Positions 41,545 to 54,280 of a stretch of 64,000 nucleotides of DNA are shown in pieces. Position numbers and translations under genes: made by a program. Origin of the DNA: Gammaproteobacteria bacterium (lineage in GTDB: Bacteria; Pseudomonadota; Gammaproteobacteria; Ga0077536); the NCBI GenBank assembly GCA_963662545.2, contig CAXXLL010000002.1, forward strand, positions 512,001-576,000, written 5' to 3'. Below the pieces are notes generated by a model. That model worked only from the letters and a program-made list of their open reading frames with translations, was not told the origin of the DNA and did not search any database. Numbering within the stretch: the stretch's first letter is position 1; each line of letters opens with the position of its first letter.

Positions 41545-41677
41545 CAGTGGCCGTCCGTTCCTCTAAGAACCTGTAAAGCAGTACAATCCGATCCCGTTCG
41601 GTCGCGTACTGGCTGGGGTTAAACTCTGGGTATAAGAGTATCGGCCATGGATGGCAGGCACGAGACCAAGCAGATAC

Positions 41678-41768
41678 GGAGAGGTGGCCGAGTGGTTGAA
41701 GGCGCACGCCTGGAAAGTGTGTATACGTTAAAAGCGTATCGAGGGTTCGAATCCCTCTCTCTCCGCCA
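41678..41768 (+). tRNA. tRNA-Ser (anticodon GGA)
   Basis: GGAGAGGTGGCCGAGTGG...CCTGGAAA...long variable arm...GGTTCGAATCC...CCA. Confidence 0.96.
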
Positions 41769-42752
41769 AACTTAAAAGTTAACATATTGATTAATAGATC
41801 ATTTACTCATTTAAATAATTATTGGTCCCCCGATTAGCCCCCGATTTGATCGTTGCCGCGGTCCTATCCGCCCGCTTCCTGACGGTCGTGCGTGACGGCA
41901 ACACCCCCGCCACGTAGGCCTCAATAAGTATGTCCAATCATTGCAGCCGACCAAACATCCTTGAAGCGGCCAGCGACGGTCCGGCTTTGAAAGCGCATCC
42001 CGACGGGCCTGGGAATTAAGATTCACCTGGTGTCTCTGTTCGCAACGCTTCCTTCACCATCAAGTCGCGGTGCGCGTGCGTCGGATCCCGCAGGCAGCGC
42101 TACGCTGTGAGGTTGCTTTACCGCAGGCGGGTGCAAGAGGCGTGCTCAAACGCGCATTCGTGTTCAAATTTCCGTGATGAAAAGGAATAGGTCTTGTCCA
42201 GCGCGGTGCGGATGAGGTCGTACATGGACTGGGCGTCGTTTGACTCCCTGAACTCAGGCATCAAACAAGAACTGTACTGGGTCTTAGCCACCCACGTATC
42301 GTGATTGACGCAGCCACCAATGAGATCAATAGGCTTCAGCCTCATCGAAGCTGTAGCGCGATTGCGGCGCTCGATAGCCCCATCCGCAGATTCTGTGGTG
42401 ATGTGGTACATCACCCAGTCCGAGGCCGGGCAAATTGCTTGCGCTTCGCCGTCGCTACGCGCACATCCGGCTCCGACCCATCGAAGGAGTCAGTCTATGC
42501 AATATCACAATGGCGACTGATACCCAGGTTGCCTAGCAAGCCAGTGGTAAAACCGCTTTATGGACACCGGGTCGAGGTCACGGGTGCTGTGCTCAACTGC
42601 TTGCCAGCAGCTGGTTCGTCTGGTCGGCAAGCCTGTTACTGATGGCTTTTTGCCGTGACACTTTCGGCGACCGCCCCGTTCGTAACCGGCAAAACCGATG
42701 AAACCGACACCACCCGCCATGAAGCTGCTCTCGTGACGCCCAAACCACCATC

Positions 42753-44001
42753 TGGAGTTGCCCCGTTTCCGTGGACGGTATAGCGCTTGGGTTTCAAGCA
42801 GCCTGTTGATAATTATTTTCATAGTTTAGCGGTGATTGCTGACCGAGGGATGAGTGACGACGGTGCGGGTTGTACCAGCCTTCGATGAACTCGAAGATCG
42901 CCATCTTCGCTTCGGCCTGCGTCTTGAAACTGTGGCGGTCGATGAGTTCGCATTCGAGCGTCGCGAAGAAGCTCTCGGCCATCGCGTTATCGTAGCAATC
43001 GCCGACCGATCCCATCGACGGTTGTACACCCATTAACCGGCAGCGCTTGCCGAAGGCGAACGAAGTGTACTGACAGCCCTGGTCACTGTGATGGATCACA
43101 TTCTTCGGTCGACGCTGCCATAGCGCCATATTGAGCGCCTCGAGCACGAGCTCAGTGCGCAGATGCGTCGCCATCGACCAGCCTACGACGCGCCGACTGA
43201 ATGCATCGACGACAACCGCCAGATACACGAACCCCGCCCACGTCGGCACGTAGGTCACGTCAGCAACCCACAGTGCGTCCGGCCGCGAAGCCACGAAGTG
43301 ACGCTCGACCAGATCCGGCGCCGGGTGGGCATCGTGATCGCGGCGTGTCGTGCGCGTCCTTTTGCGTCGACTCACCCCGGCCAAACCCAATTCACGCAGC
43401 AGCCTGGCGACGCGCTTGCGACCCACGTGCGCCCCCTCATCCGCGAGCTCGGCGTGAATACGCGGTGCCCCATAGGTGCCTCGACTCCAGCTGTGGATGG
43501 CCTGGATACGTGCCTTGAGTTGCGCGTCGCGCTTCGACCGCGCTGAGGGTTCACGTGTCCGACACGCGTAGTAGCCACTCGGGGAGACACCGAGTAGCCG
43601 GCACATCGGCGCGATCCGGTAGGTGGCCTGATTCACTTTCATGAACTCGAAGATTTCCTCGAATCGGTCTCCCGAGCGAACCAGGCCGTGGCTTTTGAAA
43701 GGATCTCCCGTTCCTCACGTAGCCGCCGATTCTCCCGACGCAGACGCCGCAGTTCTTCGCGTTCGACGGTGGTCAGACCGTCGTTGCGGCGACCTTCATC
43801 ACGGTCGGCCTGCGCGACCCAGTTGCGTACGGTCTGTGCGGTCGGCTCAAACTCGCGTGCAAGGTCTTCCGGGCTGCGGCCCGCCCGTACCAGTTCGATC
43901 ATCTGTTGCCGGAAGGCCGGTGGATAGGCAGTTCGTGTTTTGGGCATCGTGGAATCCTCCTTCTAAAAGGGTCAGGTATCCACGAAAGCGGGTCAACTCC
44001 A
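42753..44001 (-). mobile_element. IS3-family element, apparently intact (orfA 43639-43947, orfB 42794-43642)
   Basis: IRs TGGAGTTGCCCCGTTTCCGTGGA / TCCACGAAAGCGGGTCAACTCCA; W.AD.T, HHSDQG.QY and DNA..ESFF DDE motifs; no matching target duplication. Confidence 0.93.
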
Positions 44002-46331
44002 GTCGCCGCCTACCGCGACTTCGTCCAGCATGTTCTTACCGTAGATCCGGCCGGTCCATTGCTGCGCGCTGGAGTACCTCCAGTCCGGTGAGGACAGCGA
44101 CACACCGAAGTCGAGGCGGTCCATGTCCCGGAGCTGGCCAATATTGTTGTCCGTGAAAGCCGCTTCGTCGCGGTGCGAAAAATCCAAGCGCACCGAAGCG
44201 ATGCCAAGCGGAGTCTGCCGCGTGTACACGAAGCCCGCACCGTAGCTCCACGGAGGAAGCCCGCACCGTAGCTCCACGGAGAGAGCCGCGGAATGTCGAG
44301 ATCTTCGTCGCGTCGGTCGAGCACGCCATCGCCGTTAAGATCGAAGCGGACTTTGTCATACTGACCGTCCGTGTAGCCGACGAAGAAATTGATGGCGACG
44401 TTTTCCGAGGTGGAAAACAGGGCGTCGACCTCGAAACCCCGGATCGTTGCCTCGGCCGTATTGCGGATCACCTGGACGACACCCGCCAGCCCTGGCGTAT
44501 TGATTTCGCGCTGCATGTCATCAATGTCGTTCCAGTAAAGCGCGATGTTTGAGTTGACCCGGCCATCGGGGGTGCGGTACTTGATCCCAGCTTCGTAGGC
44601 ATCCTGTTCTTCCTGATCGAAGGGGCCGGGGCCAATGCTGGGATCGGTGTTGCGCACGTTGTAACCGCCGGATCGAAAGCCTTTCGTCCAGTGCGCGTAG
44701 GCCTGGATAGCGTCGTTCGGCCGCCATTGGAGGCCGACCTTCGGTGTGAACGAGTCCCAGTTGTCCTCATCGACGAAGTCGAAGGGGCACGCGTCACCGA
44801 TTACGTCGCAGGCCACGAAGGGTCTCACGGCTCTACCCGATGCGAGGTTATCCGCCGGCAGTGGCACAACGTTCGCGTTCAGCGACGCTATCTGCACGGA
44901 CTTGTCTTCTTCGGTGTAACGTCCGCCGAAGGTCAGGGTGAAGGCATCCGTGAAATCATAGTCGAACGTAAGGAATACGCCCCAGGTGTCGTGATCTTGC
45001 ACGCCCCCGCCTTCAAATACCGTCGCGAAACCCAATGAAGCCAGCGTCGCCGGCAAGGAGCGCGTTTCCTGGTAAGCAATATCCTGGGTGAAATAATAGA
45101 CACCACCCGTGAGCGCTAAAACGCCCCCGAAACGGCCCGCATAGCGGAATTCGTTGCTGTACTGTTCCTGCTCGCTTCGCGCCGTGGCGTGAAACAGAAA
45201 AGTTGGCGTCCCGTCGACATCCACAAGCCCACTGAATTCAGAATCGCGCCAGCCAAAAATGTTTGTCAGGGTGCCGTCGCCGAAAGCGACGTCCCAGTTT
45301 GCTTCGACGATGACCTGGTCCCAGCCGTTATCAGAGAATCCTCGCTCATCGATCGAGAAGTCGAATTCGCCGGTATCGAACAAGACCGTATTTTGAGCCG
45401 CCGGGCCGTCCGCATCGAGCTTGCCGTGTTCGTATTTGACCAACAGCTCGATAGCCTGTGTTGGCGTCCATCGTAGCGAGGGACGGGCAATATAGTTCTC
45501 CACTTCGCCGAAATCGCGCCCGTCAAACAGGTTCTCGTGCCAGCCTTCATCGATGTTCATGTACATTGAAAGCCTCGCTGAGAGATCTTCCACCACGGGG
45601 CCGGTCACCGATGTCATCGCGTAATAACTCGCACCGGTTCGCTCCTCGAGGCGGCCTTCGATCCCGGTCTTAACCGAAAATGCGAACGCGTCGACAGGAT
45701 CCTTGGTATTGATCACGACCGCGCCGCCTGTAACGTTACGGCCAAACAGCAGTCCCTGCGGTCCGCGCAGCACTTCGACACTTTCGAGGTCGAACATGTC
45801 CATCAACACACCGGAGGTAACACCCATATACATGCCGTCGACGAACACGCCGACCGTCGGATCGATCGATGGGATAGAGCTGTTGATACCAAGCCCGCGT
45901 ATGGAGAAATTAGCGACACCTTTGAACGTGGCGATATCGTCGAGCTGAACGTTCGGCATGGAAAACGAAAGATCGGCGAGATCGCGTACGTGCAGCGCGT
46001 TGAGCTGATCGGCCCCATAGGCCGTAAGCGCGAGCGGTACGTCGTGGACGGTTTCTTCGATGTTTTTCTTCGTCGCCGTGACGACGACTTCTTCCAGGAT
46101 TGAAGAAGACAATTGCTGGGCTGCGGCAGGCGCTATCAGCAATGCCGCACCGATACCGAGGTACGTCGCGAGCGAGACGGTCCAACCCGGCAATCGCGTG
46201 TGCTCTATATCAACCAGAGAATTCGTCGCTCCCCCTCGGACCTGTTGTTCACGAGCAGGCCATCGAGCCGATCCCGTTTGTGACGCTGTTACTGTGATCT
46301 TGGTTTTACCAAAGGGTGCGGCGCCCTTCAA
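44002..46331 (-). pseudogene. TonB-dependent receptor, frameshifted and 3'-truncated
   Basis: LEEVVVTA TonB box, IRG and VEVLRGPQG..FGRN..GGA plug motifs; 26-bp tandem duplication at 44230-44281; C-terminus cut by IS3; true start uncertain. Confidence 0.88.
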
Positions 46332-46342
46332 AGCTTACATCC

Positions 46343-46820
46343 CATCCGGTATCAAAACATTTGGGCCGTCTGGGGCTGTTTCCTAAGGGAGGCTTTGGGT
46401 CACCTTTGGTTGATGTTAAGCGGCGTGTCGCTGAGGGTTCAAGCGTCGGTTATTGAATGTCGGTTTCTTGATCGTTTTCGGCCGGTCGAAGAGGGCTGTG
46501 TCGCGCCGTGTCCCCGGCCAAGCGCCGCTTGCCCGCTTCCAAACACCCTTCGACCCGCTGTCATACAGGCTCTGGGCAATCCCTTCCTTCCGACATAACT
46601 CGGCAATCGACTGTTCGCCGCGCAGCCCTTCCAGAACAGTCCGGATCTTCGCCTCCGCCGCATACTGCTTGCGGGTCGCACGGCGGATCGCTTTGACGTG
46701 CTGCTCAGCGGTTTCCTTCGTTTTATCGCTCGTCTTCGCTCTCTTTCAGAGCTTCGACGAGCCGCATTTACTCCATTAACTTTTCGCCGTAACTTGTCTC
46801 ATAGGCGCTGACGGGGAGCA
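46343..46820 (-). mobile_element. Internally deleted IS3-family remnant related to 50830-52341
   Basis: Both ends resemble those of the 50.8-52.3 kb IS; orfA fragment (IRRATRKQY..E.KIR.VL.GLRGE.SIAELCR.EGI) joined to the orfB 3' end. Confidence 0.75.
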
Positions 46821-46860
46821 TGAGTCAACGCAGCACCGGATCATTTGATAGGATACTCCT

Positions 46861-47131
46861 ATGCCGATATACCGCATCGATGACAACAAGATCATCCCCA
46901 TAGAAAGGACGACGTTCGAGCAACAGGGCTTGAGAGAGCGCCCAGACCTACAGCGTATTCTCAAAGCTTCGATTGGCGTGATCTTGCCCGATACGCTTGT
47001 GGTCGCCGAGGAGTTCGGGGGTTGGGAAGACAGCAGACGACGGATCGACCTCCTTGGCATAGACAAGCGTGCCAACCTGGTGGTCATCGAACTCAAGCGC
47101 ACTGAAGAAGGTGGTCATATGGAGCTACAAG
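46861..47131 (+). pseudogene. 5' half of a NucS-like PD-(D/E)xK endonuclease gene
   Basis: ER.DLQ, EEF..W.DSRRRIDLLG.D....LVVIELKR; interrupted at GCTACAAG. Confidence 0.82.
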
Positions 47132-49486
47132 GTAACCGGTCAATCCAGGCCGTTATTCACGGTCTCGGGCAGATGGTTTAGTTTGCCAGGTTTCCCAGTC
47201 AATCGGGAGCTTGGTAAATGAATGATCACGGAAAACCTCGGAACAAACGACGTAGTGCGGATGAGTGGCGTGGCCTATTAGCGGAGCAGGCACAAAGCGG
47301 TTCATCGATCCGCGCATTCTGTGCTGAGCGAGGAATTGGATATTCGACGTTCAGTAAAAGGAAGTCGAGGTCAGCGAGGGACGCTCAGATAGGGAAGGCG
47401 GAAACACGTTTCGTCGAGTTGGCCCCGTTACAACCATTAACCAATGCACAATGGGATATCGAGTTAGCGCTCGGTGATGACATCGTGCTACGTGTGTCAC
47501 GGCACTGATGTGGTCGCCCCCATCGGGTTTGCGTATATGGTTATGTCGGGCACCGACTGATATGCGTCAATCGTTCCATGGTTTATCGGCGTTGGTGCGG
47601 CAGGCGTTACACGAGGAGCCCCTCGATGGGGCACTGTACGTTTTCGTCAATCGCCGGCGTACGTTATTAAAAGCGCTGTACTTTGAGTCGGACGGATATT
47701 GTCTGTGGAGTAAGAAACTCGAACGCGGTCAGTTCCAGGTTCGGTGGAATAGCGAGGTCAAACAGCGGCTGCAACGCAGCGAATGGCAGTGCATTATTGA
47801 AGGGATCGATCTACGCTCAGTGCGTCGATTAAAACGGTTTCGATTACCGGAAAACGATCGACGGTCAGCAGTGTAAACGGTACAATACGTACCCATGAAT
47901 GGGGGTTATGCAACGCCGGAAATATCACTTGATGCGGCGGTGTTACAAGCGGAAAACACAGCCCTCAAAACGCAGGTCGCCACACTCACCCAACAACTCG
48001 ACTGGTTCAAACGCCAACTGTTCGGTCGCAAGTCTGAACGGCGGCTGATTGATCCCAATCCCGATCAACGGTTACTCAATGGCTTCGAGGATGAGTCGTC
48101 ATCGACGGCGGCGGTTGAGAAAGAAACGATCACTTATCAGCGGCGCAAAGGAAAGCGCCGTGGCGATGATTGTGTGACTGATCAAGGGTTACGTTTCGAT
48201 GACTCGGTGCCGATTGAATGCATCCAATTGTCGGTACCTGAAGATGTCGCGGATGCGTTTGAAGCGAGCAGTGAAAAGATCACCTATCGTTTAGCGCAAC
48301 GGCCGGCGGCCTATGTGGTCTTGAAGTACATCCAACCGGTAGTGAAGCGCAAAAGCGACGGTCAGATCTTCACGATCCCGGCGCCCGATGGTCTGTGGTC
48401 CGGCTCATTGGCGGATGTGAGTGTGGTTGCGGGGATGCTGGTTGATAAGTTCGCTTATCACCTGCCGCTGTACCGTCAACATCAACGAATGGGGCTGAAC
48501 GGCATTACCGTGGCGCGGTCGAGTCTGACGCACTGGGTGCAGAAGGCAAGTGACCTGTTGAAGCCGATTTATCTGGCGCAGTTGCGGCATATCTTGTTAT
48601 CGAAGACGCTGGCGATGGATGAAACGCCGATTAAGGCGGGTCGCTCGGGCAAGGGCAAGATGAACGCGGCGTGGTATTGGCCAATTTATGGCGAAGCGGA
48701 TGAGATTGCGTTCACGTTTGCGCGAACCAAGGCGCGGTCGCACATCGACAAAACGTTGGTGGACTTTAAAGGCACCTTACTAACCGATGGCGCCGCGGCT
48801 TATGCGCGTTTTGCCGCCGATCGCGGCGATGAAGTCGTGCATGCGCAATGCTGGGCGCACACGCGTCGTCAGTTCGAAAGGGCATTATCCGATAGGCCAC
48901 AAAGTGCGGCGCAGGCACTTGATTTGATCGCGGCACTGTATGCCGTTGAGGCCACCATCCGTGACCAGGCAATGGATGAAGCGGCGACCCAGACCTACCG
49001 CAGCCGGTACGCCTTGCCTGCGGTTGATGCATTTTTTGCCTGGCTTGACGAGCAACGCCAGTGCATGGGTTTATTACCGAGTCAGCCGTTTACGAAGGCG
49101 CTGGCCTATGCAGCCGAGCGTGAGGGCGCGTTACGTGTTTACTTATCGGATGCGAGCGTCGCGATCGACACGAATCATTTAGAGCGCGCTCTGAGACCCA
49201 TTCCGATGGGCCGAAAGAATTGGATGTTCTGTTGGACTGAGGTGGGCGCTGAACACGTTGGGATCATACAAAGTTTGATCTGTACTTGCCGAATACACGG
49301 CATTAATCCGTACACCTACCTGGTTGATGTACTCCAGAGGATCGCGATCCATCCGGATAGCGCAGTGGAACAACTCACGCCTCGGGTGTGGAAGACATTG
49401 TTCGCTACCCAACCGCTGCGTTCTAACTTGGCCGTCGTTACCGCAACACGAGATCAATTACCAGACGCCGCCGTTTGACCGGTTAC
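47132..49486 (+). mobile_element. IS66-family element A (tnpA 47218-47508, tnpB 47508-47876, tnpC 47895-49478)
   Basis: GTAACCGG...CCGGTTAC termini; TnpB TDMR.SF.GL; TnpC LFGRKSE, HLPLYRQ, DETP, CWAH.RR, N..ERALR. Confidence 0.95.
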
Positions 49487-49509
49487 TCTTGTAAGGCAGT
49501 CGCTTACCC

Positions 49510-50400
49510 GCCATCTTATCTTGTCAACCGTGTCGAGCTCGCGGACGGACGTCCCGAGAATTCATTGATGTAGCGGCCTAGGTGCTTCGAGTTCATGTGA
49601 TGGTAGGTGCCGTGGTAACCGCGCTTCAAGAGCACCCAGAAGCTTTCTATGCCGTTGGTGTGGACCTGCTCGCGGACGTACTCACTGATGGAGTGTTTGA
49701 TGGCCTCATGCTCGAAGGGCAGGCCATGATAGCCCGCGTGGTCGTCGGTATAGATAGTGGTAGAAGTCATTGCAGCGGCCACCACGAAGCCCTGCGCGTA
49801 GCCTTGTCGGTTTCCTTGATAACCTTGGCCTTGACTCGATTGGTCTTTCGATCCTTGGCGCCGACGACCGTGGCCTTGCCGACGGTACCACGGCCAGCCT
49901 TGCGTTTCTTTGATCCGTGCTTGTTGCGCTCGGGCCCGCCGATGTAGATCTCATCGATTTCGAGCGGGCCGGCGATTAGCGGATCTTTGCTTTCCCACGC
50001 CTTACGGATTCGCTGGAGCATGTACCACGCCGATATCCCGGTGCAGTTTCATGCTGGAGACACCCTTGAGGCTCGTCAGTTGCAGGCGGATGGCAATCGC
50101 CCACCTGCGCAGCGAGATATGGGACTTATGCATGACGGTCCCCGTTTTGACCTAGAAGTACGCGCGGCAGTCCGTGCAGCGGTAGGGCATATTGTTGTGG
50201 CCCGCATCGTGCGTGCGGGTGCTGCCGCAGATCGGACAACAACGACCTTCCATAGACGGGACTTGAACCACGTGCGCGCTCTGTCCTCGGTGGGGAACAG
50301 GTCCTTGAGTTGCACCAGCGTGATGCCGTCTCGATGGTCCTTTCCGGGCGCTTTGTGGGCCATGATCTCGTCCTTACCCCTTGTTTTAATTGCAGAATAA
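49510..50400 (-). mobile_element. Degraded IS1595-family transposase, multiple frameshifts
   Basis: EIDE.YIGG, GRG..GK..VVG, IYTD, HTNGIESFW..LKRG..GTYH motifs split over several frames; boundaries approximate. Confidence 0.82.
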
Positions 50401-50474
50401 GGAAATGAAAAGTCAATATTTAGTTAAAATTCCCTTAATTTTAATCGGAATTTCCTAGATTAAGACCTTAATTC

Positions 50475-50804
50475 CTATTGGCTGAGAGGGCCTCCGTTCA
50501 GGCACCTTACGACATTCCACCATGTGTCTGCCGTCACGCGGTCAATGACCTCTGCTGATTCGTTTCTAGGTGCGTCTCCGATATAAACAGTCCCGGCTCC
50601 CATCTGCGGGTACACCTTCATAACCTTGATATTATCTTTGGGCACAGAAACCCAAGCAGGTCGATCGTTGGGAAGCCAATGCGGGAATGTTACGTTAGCT
50701 TCCCCGCACCTAACCGGGGGATCTTTAGCTAACGTTTGACCGCATAGAAGGGCGCAGAGAAGTGCGCCGAATGCTTGTCTACTGGTGAGTAGCATCCTCA
50801 TCAT
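50475..50804 (-). CDS. Hypothetical secreted protein (~110 aa)
   Basis: Signal-peptide-like N-terminus (AFGALLCALLCGQTLA), lower GC, two Cys in the mature part. Confidence 0.45.
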   Translation of the reverse strand: MMRMLLTSRQAFGALLCALLCGQTLAKDPPVRCGEANVTFPHWLPNDRPAWVSVPKDNIKVMKVYPQMGAGTVYIGDAPRNESAEVIDRVTADTWWNVVRCLNGGPLSQ

Positions 50805-50829
50805 ACTTGTGGCTGTTGTATTCAACGGG

Positions 50830-52341
50830 TGTCCGTCATCAAAACAAATGGGACTGTTGAGCGTGTTTCATAAGGGAGGATCTGGCTCATCTTTGTTTGA
50901 TGTTAAGCCGCTTGGCTTTGATGGTTCAAGCGGCGGTTTTGGGTGGTCAGTTTTTTGATCTTTTTTCTCTTTTCGATGATGGCGGTGTGGCGTCCAAAGT
51001 AGGCGTCAGCTGGAGTTACGTTGCCGATGCTCTGGTGGTAGCGTTGGGTGTTGTAGTGATCGACGAAGGCGCTGATCTGGTTTTCGAGAGCGCCGGGTAG
51101 ATAATAATTTTCAAGCAGGATGCGGTTCTTCAGCGTTTGATGCCAGCGCTCGATCTTGCCCTGGGTTTGCGGGTGATACGGTGCGCCCCGAACGTGATCC
51201 ATACCGTGGTCCTCGAGCCATTCAGCCACATCGCTGGAGATATAGGACGAGCCGTTGTCGCTGAGCAGCCTCGGCTTGTGGACGACATTGGCGCGATTGC
51301 AGCCTGAGGCTTCTAGCGCCAACTTCAGTGTTGCCGTCACATCGTCCGCCGTCATGTTGGTGCAGAGCTTCCAAGCAATGATGGTGCGGGAATAGTCGTC
51401 CAGGATGCTCGACAGGTAAAACCAGCCCCAGCCGATGACCTTGAGATAGGTGAAGTCGGTCTGCCACAGCGGGTTCGGCGCCGTGGTCTTGTTGCGGAAC
51501 TCATCGGCTGCCTTGATGACCACGAAAGCGGGGCTGGTGATCAGGTCGTGGGCCTTGAGAAACCGGTCAACCGAGGCTTCCGAGACAAAGTAGCCCCTGG
51601 TGTGCGTAAACCTGACGGCCCGTTCCCGGGGCGACAGTTGCGTCTCCTCCAGGGCAAGATCGATGCTCTGCCCCCGGACATCATCCGGGATACGGTTCCA
51701 CACCCGGCCTGGGCTGCTGTTGCGATCCTCAAGACCGGCGTCGCCAAAGGCCAGAAAGCGATCGTAGCAGCGATAAAAGGTGGTCTTCGGAATGCCCAGC
51801 TTGTCCAAAGTGGACCCGACGCCCAGGTGGGACTGCTCGACCCGGCGGATGATCTCCAGCTTCTCGGATGCGGGATACCTCATTGCTCGCCGCCCCCATG
51901 CCCGATCATGTTTTTTTTGAGAAGACGGTTCTCCAGCGAAAGTTCGGCGACCCACTCCTTCAAGTCGCGCATCTCCTGGCGCAGGCCTTTAACCTCACCC
52001 GAGGTCGCTTGGCGCCCGGTGTCGCCGGCGAGCCGCTTCTTGCCCGCTTCCAAAAACTCTTTCGACCCGCTGTAATACAGACCCTCGGCGATGCCCTCGC
52101 GGCGGCACAAGGCGGCGATGCTCTCCTCGCCGCGCAGGCCCGACACCACGATCCGGATCTTCTCCTCAGCCGTATACTGCTTGCGTGTCTTGCGGCGAAT
52201 ATCCCGAACCGTTCTCTCCGCCGGGTCGTTCTTGCTCATTGATTTCTGTCTCATCTTCGTTCCCTTCGGTTACTACGATGAGCCAGAAATCCTCCGTTAT
52301 GCAATTACCTCAATTTGTCCCAAAGGCGCTGACGTCAGACA
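50830..52341 (-). mobile_element. IS3-family element (orfA 51880-52254, orfB 50903-51883)
   Basis: TG...CA imperfect IRs, WQTDFTY, LLSDNG, TQGKIERWH; A8 run near the orfA end. Confidence 0.9.
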
Positions 52342-53075
52342 CACTCAGCCAGGGCAGCGGCTCGGGCTTGTTTGAAAATAGCGCGGCGGTTGAGGTGGCG
52401 TTGGTGGTTGAAATGGTTATAGATCGAGGCATGGACAGAGGCGAATTTCTGTAGGGTCTTGATGTCTCTGAAGCGCGCCATTGCCCCTTCCCGCCTTCGA
52501 AAGGGCTGATGTGAGTTTTCTGCCCGGTTGTTCAGCCAACGCCCGGTCTCTTGGCAACCTTCGTTGCCGATCACCTTCATCGCAGCACGATATGACGGTA
52601 GCCTATCCGTGACCATCGAAGCCGGCCGGCCATAACGCTTCATCGTGCCCTTCAGGAACTCAAGCGCAGCCTTGCGGTCCCGCCGTTTCGTCACAAAACC
52701 CTCAAGGACTTCGCCTTCATGGTCAACGGCACGCCATAGGTAATGTGTCTTGCCGTTGATGCGGACAAACACTTCATCAAGGTGCCAGCGCCAGTTCGAA
52801 TAGGATCCATGATGAACACGGCGTGTCCGGATCTCCGCGGCAAACAGCGGACCAAAGCGGTTCCACCCATACCGCACGGTCTCATGGCAGATCTCGATGC
52901 CGCGCTCGAACAGGAGATCTTCGACCTGTCTCAGCGACAAAGGGTATCGGACATACAACATCACCGCGAAGCGGATCACTTCGGGCGAACTGTTGAAATA
53001 ACGGAAAGGATTGTGCATCACCGGAGGCTACGAGGCCTTACTTTTCAGCTCAAGCCCATTTACTCTGACAATGCC
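52342..53075 (-). mobile_element. IS6-family element, 3' end truncated by IS3
   Basis: GGCATTGTCA IR at 53075; W.LDE.FV.ING..YLWRAVD.EG, VTD, NNRAE.SH. Confidence 0.92.
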
Positions 53076-53380
53076 GATTAAGAACCAGTAGTTGATGTTT
53101 GATCAGGAGCGATTCTGCGACCACAGATCGGACGCCGCCAGGCCCCAGCAATTTAGCGACCGTCACAATGAAGTGGATAAATAGGAAAACCCCGTCTCGC
53201 ATCCCACTATCGTATCCAGCAGGGCGATACTGACAAGACTAGGAAATTGCACGCTTTCTGTTCAGAATTGGAATTCGCCACCCACAGGTTCCGAGTCACG
53301 ATCAACTCGCCGATGAGGTGTCCAAATGGGAAATCTCGGGTAACATGTTCCAGTCTATGACTGTGAGAAGGAGCGGTTGG

Positions 53381-54136
53381 GTGAGCATGTATGAGAAGCT
53401 TTCTGAAAGACTGATGGCTGCTCTGCATTTGGCGGTACCGCCGGTAGCGGTCAGTTTTCCAAGCCGAGCACCGTCGGCGATGGCCAGGCCGGCAACCCCG
53501 GTAGCGGCTGGCTGTGCATTCTGGGAGCAAGGGGCAAATCGAGCGGTAACTACTACCGCGAGTGACCATCGCTTCTGCTCTATCGGGATACACACCCATA
53601 ACATCGCTGGAGCACCCGACTCCCAAGCGGGCGAACTGCAGGATGCGCTCGCGGCCATGCAGGGCTTGGACTATGTGCGGCCCGACGAGGTTGCAGCCCT
53701 TCCGGTTATGAAGAATTCGGTATCCTATGTTGTCTATTGCCCCTTGGGAGAGATGGCAGAGCAACCCCAGGTAGTGCTGCTGTTTGCACATTCCGCCCAG
53801 GGCTTGGTGTTATCCGAGGCATTGGCGCGGGTGGACGGCGCCGTGCCAATCGCCATGGGGAGACCTGCCTGTGCACTGATTCCCCAGGTTGTAAACAGTG
53901 CACGCTCGGCCGCGAGCTTGGGCTGCTGCGGCGCCCGAGCGTATCTCGACGTACTGAGTGATGATGTGGCAATGTGGGGTTTGCATGGTGGAAAGATCGA
54001 GCAGTATGTCTCGGAGATCGAGACCCTAGCCAAGGCTAACGCGATACTCACTCAGTTCCACGAACGACGGCGCAGCGACATAGAGTCAGGCGAGTTGCCA
54101 AGTGTCGCCGAGTCCTTGTCCCGCCTGCCCGGTTAG
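53381..54136 (+). CDS. DUF169-like Cys-containing protein
   Basis: PVAV.F, GC.FW, C..G, Y.PL, P.VV, RPAC..IP and SLGC.GAR pattern; RBS AAGGAG. Confidence 0.7.
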   Translation: MSMYEKLSERLMAALHLAVPPVAVSFPSRAPSAMARPATPVAAGCAFWEQGANRAVTTTASDHRFCSIGIHTHNIAGAPDSQAGELQDALAAMQGLDYVRPDEVAALPVMKNSVSYVVYCPLGEMAEQPQVVLLFAHSAQGLVLSEALARVDGAVPIAMGRPACALIPQVVNSARSAASLGCCGARAYLDVLSDDVAMWGLHGGKIEQYVSEIETLAKANAILTQFHERRRSDIESGELPSVAESLSRLPG

Positions 54137-54172
54137 CCTCTTCTAAAGCGGATACGCGAGGCCATCCCCGTT

Positions 54173-54280
54173 ATGAAGGTTGTCCTGATCAACCCGTATG
54201 AGCTGGGCCGCCAACCCTTCGCCCTCGCGCAGCCGGCAGCGTGGCTCAAGGAAGCGGATCACCAGGTGTGCTGCCTCGAG
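54173..54280 (+). pseudogene. 5' fragment of a B12-binding radical SAM gene (CUAEP/CCAEP-tail-like N-terminus)
   Basis: MKVVLINPYELGRQPFALAQPAAWLKEADHQVCCL, cut by an IS6 end. Confidence 0.6.

Noticed and set aside
41811-42752. Several short ORFs after the tRNA
   Set aside because: No recognisable domain or consistent RBS; probably decayed island sequence
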